64,000 bases of DNA, taken from Cyanophora paradoxa CCMP329. Lineage: Eukaryota > Plantae > Glaucophyta. The notes under the pieces are model-generated. The model ran no database searches. It saw nothing but the letters and a program-made list of their open reading frames with translations, and was not told the DNA's origin. The stretch lies in assembly GCA_004431415.1 (NCBI GenBank), contig QPMI01000655.1, forward strand, positions 186,001 through 250,000. The letters run 5' to 3'. Positions 57,022 to 64,000 of this stretch are shown one piece after another. Both the position numbers and the translations under genes were made by a program. Each line of letters starts with the position of its first letter. Position 1 is the first letter of the stretch.

Positions 57022-58392
57022 CTACAGATTAATTTTTCGGAGCCCGTCCTTGTCCAAAATGAGGAACGTGTGCATGAGAGCGCGAACATTGACATCAATT
57101 GCCTTGTCAGTGGGCATGTAGAGAGTGAGGAATGAAGATGAAGAATTGGTCAGGTCAACATAGCCAGACTGGGCAATATTGCGAATCGCCTTCTCACCGT
57201 CAAGACAGAAACTCATACCCGAAAGAACATAGCGATCAGCAACCTTATCCATATTAGAGCATTTGAAGACATCAGCAATCAGCTCAGCACCCTTGAGCAG
57301 TGGAATAGGCTCAGTGGCATAGAGACGTTGACCATTAATTTCCACAGTGAAAGTAATATCTTTGGAGTTGGAGTAGGTCTTGAGAACACTGTGGGAACCA
57401 TTAGCTTTGTCAACAGTAGCGTTATCACGAACTGAAACAAGCAGAGCATAAACGAGACCTGAGATTTGGGAGAGGTTAACTCGATTGGGTTGGGCACCAC
57501 CCTTGGCTTTCATATCACTGACATCCACAAATCCAATATCCAGAGCAGGGATAGCCATGCCAGTTGTCTTTACCTTCTCAATAACAGTAGCGAAAAGCTC
57601 ATCAGACACATTAACAGCATACATATAAAGGCGAGGAGAAGTAATTTTAATTTCAACGTTTGGCGCACCAAGATTGAAAGTGGTGATGTTTTGGCCAACA
57701 TGTGCCAGCACAGATTCAGCAGGTGCGACGCCAAGCCCATCGTCCTTGTCCCCATCAATGGCTGTGTCCCCAGCCTTAGGAAGAGTACGACCACCATAAG
57801 AAGTCTCAACATAACCCTTCCCTACATCCTTGAACCAAACAGTTACTACCATTTCACCAGACAGAGCACCAAGAGGTAGGTAGTGGTTTAGCCAAGGCAC
57901 AGGAATTTCAACAAAGAATGAGCCACCAAGTCGGTTGGTTCCATGGGCGGGGATGCCGTGAAGCATGCCCATTGACCGCTTCTTTTTGGCAAGCTGATCC
58001 TCACTATAATAGACAAGAGGGAAATGAGCAAGGAAATCAGAAGGGATATGGTAGGTGTATGACCCATAGGTAATTTCAAGTCGCTGAACCAAAGCACCAA
58101 CTGGGCGAGTATACCCATTTCGAACAAGATCAGCATCACCAAAAGTGATAGCTGGAAGGTCGAAGGCAAGTTCAAGTTTGCCACAGAAATTGTAGCGAGG
58201 GAGTTTGAATGAAATGCGATTTCCAACACTATTTTCAAAAGTATTGCTCGGGTTCACAACAACAAGAACGGGCTTAGACTTGGATTCAAGACCAAGCATT
58301 AGGGAGTTATCCAGAAAGAAGGCCTTGGCCTCCTCTGGGGTTGTTAGGGCTTCTTTCAACGAAAGGCGCTGGAGGGTCGACGTAATATCCAT
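57022..58392 (-). CDS. Double-jelly-roll major capsid protein
   Basis: 456-aa beta-rich ORF: ISFKLPR..LELAFDLP, LVQRLEITYG, VEIPVPW, YLPLGAL..EMVVTVWF, TVEING; located between ATPase and pentons. Confidence 0.8.
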   Translation of the reverse strand: MDITSTLQRLSLKEALTTPEEAKAFFLDNSLMLGLESKSKPVLVVVNPSNTFENSVGNRISFKLPRYNFCGKLELAFDLPAITFGDADLVRNGYTRPVGALVQRLEITYGSYTYHIPSDFLAHFPLVYYSEDQLAKKKRSMGMLHGIPAHGTNRLGGSFFVEIPVPWLNHYLPLGALSGEMVVTVWFKDVGKGYVETSYGGRTLPKAGDTAIDGDKDDGLGVAPAESVLAHVGQNITTFNLGAPNVEIKITSPRLYMYAVNVSDELFATVIEKVKTTGMAIPALDIGFVDVSDMKAKGGAQPNRVNLSQISGLVYALLVSVRDNATVDKANGSHSVLKTYSNSKDITFTVEINGQRLYATEPIPLLKGAELIADVFKCSNMDKVADRYVLSGMSFCLDGEKAIRNIAQSGYVDLTNSSSSFLTLYMPTDKAIDVNVRALMHTFLILDKDGLRKINL

Positions 58393-58446
58393 GATTTTCT
58401 CTTTTATTATACTGTAACATAAAAAAATTACGAATGAACCTAGTGT

Positions 58447-59456
58447 TTACCCAAAACTCGCAATGATTGGATATGTTGGATGACTTTGTGACATCCGCAT
58501 CTTAAAGTATTCATAGACAGGGTCGCCTGCTGGCTCCTCCCCATATCGAATTTCAAATGTGAGGTGGACAGGTTGACCCTCAAAATCGATTGGTTCGTTT
58601 ATAGCATTTACTATATCCACAGAGAATGTAGACAAACCCATTTTTTTGTTATAGTACTTGTAAAGTGGGTGAGATTCTGTTGAATTGTAAACCACATGCT
58701 CACCATAGTCCTTGTCAGGAACCACGATTTTGTGGAAGTAACCAGTCAGGAGACCATCCCCACACTGAACCAGATCACCCAACTCTTTTACTCTGACAAA
58801 TAAAACACTGTCCCTTGTCTTTTCAGGCTCAAACGAAGATATAATACCATTCACCCGTTCACCAGTAAAGATGCCATCAGTAAGAGCATTATAAACCTGT
58901 GATTGGATTGGGGAATTTCCATATCTTCCGGGATCAAGACCAAGCAATCGGGCAGCGCTCAGCAACTTTTGGATCGTTTTCTGGTTTGGATTTCCAGCGT
59001 TAGAGAAGGCTAAATAGAAAGGTTTCTCTGAGTGGAATATAATTCGTTTTAGTGACTCATCCCATTTACAGCGAATAGATGGTTCCGGCTCTCTATCATC
59101 GAATTTCGCATTAATTACATTTACCAATTGCTGGTGGCTTTGAATGGGTTTTTTGCGACTTATGATTAATTGCTTCCAAGGTTCAAAGCCGGCCGCTGGT
59201 CGAGTAGTTGGAATGCCATCAATGCCAGCACCATCGAATTCTTCACTCCAAAAAATGCTGAATGAATTATCAATTGTAATATCCCTGGTTGCGTTTCACC
59301 ACTCACCATAGGGATACTATTATAAAATTCGGCCGAGACCAGCCTGACAGCCCTCACATTCTCATATATGTTTGGAAGTCGAGCTACAAAGCTTGAAGTA
59401 GGACCGTCACCAGAGATTGTATTAAAAGAACTCACCTCAATGTAATCCACGGGCAT
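58447..59456 (-). CDS. Minor capsid protein (penton) 1; one homopolymer frameshift
   Basis: IEVSS..SSFVARLPNIYENVRAVRLVSAEFYNS...LLG...LFVRVKEL...IDFEGQPVHLTFEI; the two ORFs join on adding one G at ~59284. Confidence 0.8.
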
Positions 59457-59485
59457 TCTCCTTTTATCTATATTCATATATTAAA

Positions 59486-60421
59486 ATGAACCGGCTTGTC
59501 AATGTTGATAGCAGGGATCGCAGCCAAGGTGAAACCGAAAACTCTTACAGGGTTGCCCTCACAACACCAGTAGAGAGACCTCGAGAGTGTAGGGTTATTT
59601 ACGCAGAAATTCCAAACAGCATTTACAATAGTGTGGGAACAGATCATTTAATAGTGGAATTCACCTATCAGGATAGTTCTGTCACTGAAACAGTAACTTA
59701 CAACATCTCCCCCCTGCCAACCGGTTATATCAATCAGGGACATTTTGGGGTCACCCAACCATACAACTATGGATTGAACTATGTGTTCTATGAGGAAACT
59801 ATAGCAGGAAAAACAGTTGCTTTCGAATTCAAATTATTTTACAATCCAACCACTTATAAAGTGGAGTTCTACAGTAACAGATTTTTCCGTATAAGAGCAA
59901 GCAATAAGCGTATTGGTAAGCTTCTGGGGTTAAGCTCAACTGAGTTCCAGTCTTCATTTATGGATGACAATTCGCCCTCTCAATCTCCATATCGCCCTGA
60001 GAATTTTCTAAAGTATGATGGCAAACCTATCACACTCAATCACCCCTTGTGGGGAACTACCTTTTCGGGATCCAGACTTTCATCCACACCTCTTAGATAT
60101 GTTTATTACAGCAATAAGATGGCAGACATGAACGCTGAGCAGTACCTTTATTTACATGTCAAAGAACTTGCTCCCTTTGCCAGCAGACATAATATAGTCC
60201 CAAAATCACAGCCACAAAACCAAGGCGCCATACTGAGACTCCAATTAAGCAAGGATATAGGAGGCTATGTTTACTATAATGGTGAGCATGGGGAATTTAT
60301 TCGAATTAACGACCGACATCTGGTGGTAAGGGAATTAACAGTTGAGTTTAGAGACTACTTTGGGGAAATCATTGACATGAACGGAATTGACAATTCTTTT
60401 CAGCTCGAGTTTATCGAATAA
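59486..60421 (+). CDS. Minor capsid protein (penton) 2
   Basis: VNVDSRDR..SYRVAL..AEIPNSIYN...LLG...YLYLHVKEL...LTVEFRDYFGEIIDMNGIDNSFQLEF. Confidence 0.82.
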   Translation: MNRLVNVDSRDRSQGETENSYRVALTTPVERPRECRVIYAEIPNSIYNSVGTDHLIVEFTYQDSSVTETVTYNISPLPTGYINQGHFGVTQPYNYGLNYVFYEETIAGKTVAFEFKLFYNPTTYKVEFYSNRFFRIRASNKRIGKLLGLSSTEFQSSFMDDNSPSQSPYRPENFLKYDGKPITLNHPLWGTTFSGSRLSSTPLRYVYYSNKMADMNAEQYLYLHVKELAPFASRHNIVPKSQPQNQGAILRLQLSKDIGGYVYYNGEHGEFIRINDRHLVVRELTVEFRDYFGEIIDMNGIDNSFQLEFIE

Positions 60422-61966
60422 ACGCACCTGTAAAATCGACTCTCATTGTGGGAGCATTCACATAGACAAGGGGATAAATGCGAACATACTTGATTCTCAA
60501 AGAGAACCCTACGTAGAAAGCATCCTTGATGGTGAGAGGGTAACCATTTAATAAAGCTATATCGCCGGAATTATTAGCATTGTTTATATTCTCACAAACA
60601 AATGTTTTGTTCTGCCCTTCTGCTCGAATAAAAGACCAGTTGACCCCATTAGTTGATGTAGCCACACTGAAAGTCTTTATAAAAGCATTGGTGTCCCTGA
60701 CCCATAGGCAACCACTGAAGAGAGTTCAAAAGTGTATGGGAAAGCAACTTGAAGGTACTCAGTGGGGGTCTCCCATATCTGCTCTGGAGCAAATGCCCCA
60801 GCTTCCCAGCCAAATGATGAAGGTCGAGCCATGTGGGGCTCTTTACCTATCACAGAGGAGGAGGCAGTAAAGGCATCATCAGCAAGTTTGTACCAATTAG
60901 CATCCAAAGGTGGTGACAGGGTGAGAGTGGAAGAGATGTATGCTTTTGATGGGTTCTTTAATTCATAGTTTGCTACCAGCAAATCGCAAAGCTTATTAAT
61001 CATGCTGTTGTTTGCTGCTATGTATGTCTCGGTGAACGAAAGCATGTCAGGGATTTTAGAGGTATCATCAAGGGACCTGACTATGTGATTTGGAAGAGGA
61101 ACAGATAGCCTATAGTACCTTCCATAATCCTGATCGTAGTTATAAGGTAGCAACTCCTCCATCTTGTCAAGAGCCGACAGCTCACTTGCTGCCATGAGCA
61201 TGTTAATCAATGGGCTTCCATCTGTTGAGGCAATCCATGAGAGAATGCCCCAACTGTTCACAGTCTCATAAGCATAGCCGAAATAATCAGACTCTAAATA
61301 TGGGTCTACCTCACCACAAGAGATGCTTATAACTATAATGTCATCATCATCACTGTAAATCTTCCTCGCATGGCTATAGCCACACACGCTGGGGTTATTG
61401 TTTCCTGAGATAGCACCATCAATAAGGCAAGCAGTTATCCCATGATTGAAGTCAACTATACTCACAGGTGAAAAGTAGGTGGGAGCAGCAGAGGTAGCCC
61501 TTGCTGCTATTTTACAGGGCAGAAAGTTGTAGTTGTTATCGTTTGTGATGAATATAGGTTTCATGTACTGAGTATCAAACGAAGTAATAACAATGTCCTT
61601 CAAGGAATCTTGAATGAGGGATTCGCCAGTAACAGAATTGATTGCGCTTTCTAAAGGAGCCACATCATACTTGGTGTTAAAAAGGGCATTTTCGATTATA
61701 TTTCGAGGATTTGCGAAAATCAAGGGCAGCTGAGTGAGGTATATATTATGTAAATCATTGGCTGTGAGTTTGGGTTCGCCTGCCCTATCTGGATGCCTAA
61801 TGTTCAACCCAATGGCAATGATCCCACCTGTGGAAGTTCCACTAACAAGATCCACAAGATCTATTATACGCCTGCCAGTTCGATTTTCGATTTCTTTAAG
61901 CAGTCTGGTAATGATAATGCCCCTTGCTCCGCCTCCTGACAATGCTAAAACGACCTTGAGAGGCAT
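60411..61966 (-). CDS. Patatin-like phospholipase fused to a C-terminal discoidin (F5/8 type C) domain; one homopolymer frameshift
   Basis: LSGGGARG, GTSTG (catalytic Ser), ATSAAPTYF, IDGA; C-terminal FTASSS..EYLQV..F.V.TS.NG.NW..KYVRIYP..MRVDF after adding one G at ~60696. Confidence 0.88.
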
Positions 61967-62009
61967 CTAATACTTATAAGGAATTTTATAAATCCATATA
62001 GTAAAAGCC

Positions 62010-64000
62010 ATGAGCTTTAATTACCCCCCTAATCTGGAAACAATTCAAGATGATAATTCCAGCAGCACAAAGCATGTGAACTTTGATAATATAAAAGTTA
62101 AAGGTTCAATATCAATCGACCACAGCTCTGACGGTTCTTCAAAGACTCAATCAAGGGAGCATGCCCTTTCCTTAAATCAGACCGATCCAGACAAGGAGGA
62201 TGTCAGTATAGCTTTTAGTTTGGGCAATGTGAAAGCCAACCAAGTAGCAGAGATCAAGGCAACCAGAAAGAGACCCAGAAAACTTAAACCAAGTGGAACC
62301 CATCCAGACATACCATCAAGGTGTGATAGTGGCCGTTTGATTTTCAATGTACAAGATGAGCAGGGCAAACAGAACACGGGTTTAAGAATTTATAATGAGG
62401 GCAGCACCACAAAAACAGAGGTTCCCCAAGTATTACAAGTGGGCCATTTCCAGAACACGAATCAAGTCTGTTCAACTAATGATGTATACCCCAAGGATAT
62501 TACATATGACTTTGCGAGGAATGAGCCGTTTGGGTTTTTTACTCCAAATGATGTCCACCAGAAAAAGCCATCAATTACCATCAACAGCAGCCCCACTCAA
62601 CCAGTGGCAATCCATTTACACCCTGATCTTGTCGAAATGGATAGGCACCTTTTACCATTGGTCACAAACACCAAAGACCTTGGAATCAGGACGAGGCAGT
62701 GGCGAAATATCCATGGAAGCAATGTGTATGCCAATGGTGAAAAGCTTGTCAGTGAGAAAACTTTAAGGGAAATCTTTGAGCATTACGGTCCTGTTCCTGT
62801 CCCCTTTCCGCTTCCGTGGGATCCACCTGACCTTACACCAAAGAAGCAACCAGGGAGGGAATACACAGCAGAGGAAAATGTAGCCTTTGGGCAGCACATA
62901 GTTAGCTGGGAAAAAGTCAGAAACAAACCAGTATTTACAGATTACAAACAACCAGCTGAGGAGCTTTTATCACCAGATGTAAATGTAATACCTCTTGAAG
63001 ATAGGAGATTTGAAGACGATAATGTCTTACCAGATGGCTTTGACCCAAATCTTGTGACTTATGATCGCTACGAGCCTTTTCATGAGCAGCTTTTACCTGA
63101 TGGTTTTGCGCCTGATCTGTTCGATTTTATCATTAATTGGGAAGATATTCGAAACAAACCTGAAACATATCCACCAGATCCCCATGGTCATGATTGGGAC
63201 GAAATCGAAAATAAACCTGATAGATTTCCACCAGAAGATCACAGACATGATTGGGAAGAGATTGATAATAAACCTGACAGATTTCCACCAGAGGATCACA
63301 GACATGATTGGGGTGACATTGACGGAATACCAGAACAGTTCCCACCAGAAGATCATAGGCATAATTGGGACGAAATAGATGAACAACCCACATTCGCATC
63401 AGCAGGCAATATGTTGACAGACTTTCCACTTGGTGTAAGTCTCTATCAAAATATTGAGATTGAAGAAAGATTACAATTAAATGACTACTATGTGAATCGT
63501 AGGGGATTAGATGCTGGAACCACAATGGAAGGCGAATTGTATATCAGACCCCCAACAAGAGTTAATTTAGTGGCAGCTGGTGGAGGTGTTGAAATAAAAG
63601 ACACCAAACCCGGTATCTATCTAACAAGTTACTACCCAGATGACATCCCAATGACAGCAACATTTCCACCTATACCATCTCTTCCAGCTGATCCAATTAA
63701 TTTTGTAGACAAAGATGCCACCCTTCAAATTAACGTAACTGATGTTAGCGCTTTTGATGGATCAAGACCAAAGTTAATATTTAGTCGAGAACGTCTCTTA
63801 CCTGATGATTTAATTGGAGATCGAGATGATTATAAACAGTGTGAGGTAGCTTGGATTAAAACAAATTATAATGGTGGAGTGGGGGAGGGTGTCTTAGAGA
63901 TCAATCAAAGGGCATCAGCCAAAAACATACACAACGAAACTATATCGAGAATTGTCACAGAGGATTATTTAGAAAATAAGAACTACATAGATGGAACAGA
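62010..64000 (+). CDS. Large putative virion fibre/receptor-binding protein with phage-tail-like HxH repeats; open to the window end
   Basis: ATG at 62010 (MSFNYPP); no stop found before 64000 (hence absent from the ORF track); 19-aa repeats W.EI.NKP..FPPEDHRHD at 63138-63395. Confidence 0.75.
   Translation, partial: MSFNYPPNLETIQDDNSSSTKHVNFDNIKVKGSISIDHSSDGSSKTQSREHALSLNQTDPDKEDVSIAFSLGNVKANQVAEIKATRKRPRKLKPSGTHPDIPSRCDSGRLIFNVQDEQGKQNTGLRIYNEGSTTKTEVPQVLQVGHFQNTNQVCSTNDVYPKDITYDFARNEPFGFFTPNDVHQKKPSITINSSPTQPVAIHLHPDLVEMDRHLLPLVTNTKDLGIRTRQWRNIHGSNVYANGEKLVSEKTLREIFEHYGPVPVPFPLPWDPPDLTPKKQPGREYTAEENVAFGQHIVSWEKVRNKPVFTDYKQPAEELLSPDVNVIPLEDRRFEDDNVLPDGFDPNLVTYDRYEPFHEQLLPDGFAPDLFDFIINWEDIRNKPETYPPDPHGHDWDEIENKPDRFPPEDHRHDWEEIDNKPDRFPPEDHRHDWGDIDGIPEQFPPEDHRHNWDEIDEQPTFASAGNMLTDFPLGVSLYQNIEIEERLQLNDYYVNRRGLDAGTTMEGELYIRPPTRVNLVAAGGGVEIKDTKPGIYLTSYYPDDIPMTATFPPIPSLPADPINFVDKDATLQINVTDVSAFDGSRPKLIFSRERLLPDDLIGDRDDYKQCEVAWIKTNYNGGVGEGVLEINQRASAKNIHNETISRIVTEDYLENKNYIDGT

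Larger units (their letters stand above)
42112..64000. mobile_element. Endogenous Polinton/Maverick-like virus (PLV-type provirus); right end outside window
   Basis: Abrupt shift to AT-richer, intronless, densely packed DNA encoding rve integrase, pPolB, primase-helicase, A32-like ATPase, DJR MCP and pentons. Left boundary between 42112 and ~42240. Confidence 0.93.

Noticed and set aside
42787-61966. Calling integrase, pPolB, penton 1 and patatin pseudogenes
   Set aside because: All breaks are the same one-base homopolymer loss and no nonsense codons were seen; sequencing error is more parsimonious.
63138-63395. 57-bp periodic DNA repeat as a non-coding array
   Set aside because: In frame with codon-level variation; it is a 19-aa protein repeat.
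53400-64000. Absence of a maturation cysteine protease and TIRs as a defining feature
   Set aside because: The element runs off the window, so absence cannot be assessed.

Overview
Eukaryotic (protist/algal-type) genomic DNA in two compositionally distinct parts. 1-~42,110 is very GC- and CpG-rich host DNA with short introns, many with GC donors. It holds the 5' part of TRRAP/Tra1; a predicted N-acylated TIR-TIR-beta-helix gene; a two-domain transmembrane adenylyl cyclase; a head-to-head pair of ABCG half-transporters; an inverted, patchily homogenised pair of TM-PAS-PAS-adenylyl cyclase genes carrying a C-terminal dead phosphodiesterase-like domain; and a polycystin-2-like channel gene that breaks off at its last TM helix. 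From ~42,110 to the window end is an AT-richer, intronless endogenous Polinton/Maverick-like virus (right end not in window) with a hairpin-rich left junction. Its replication/integration cassette (rve integrase, pPolB with eroded proofreading domain, AEP primase-SF3 helicase) is bracketed by ~360-bp G-rich direct repeats. A non-coding block with two paralogous origin/terminus-like cassettes follows, then a morphogenesis module: A32-like packaging ATPase, Zn-ribbon nuclease, double-jelly-roll MCP, two divergently oriented pentons, a patatin-discoidin fusion and a fibre with phage-tail HxH repeats. Each viral frameshift I traced is repaired by adding one base to a G/C homopolymer, so the provirus is probably intact. 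All protein calls come from motif recognition by eye; no database searches were run and the host taxon cannot be determined.
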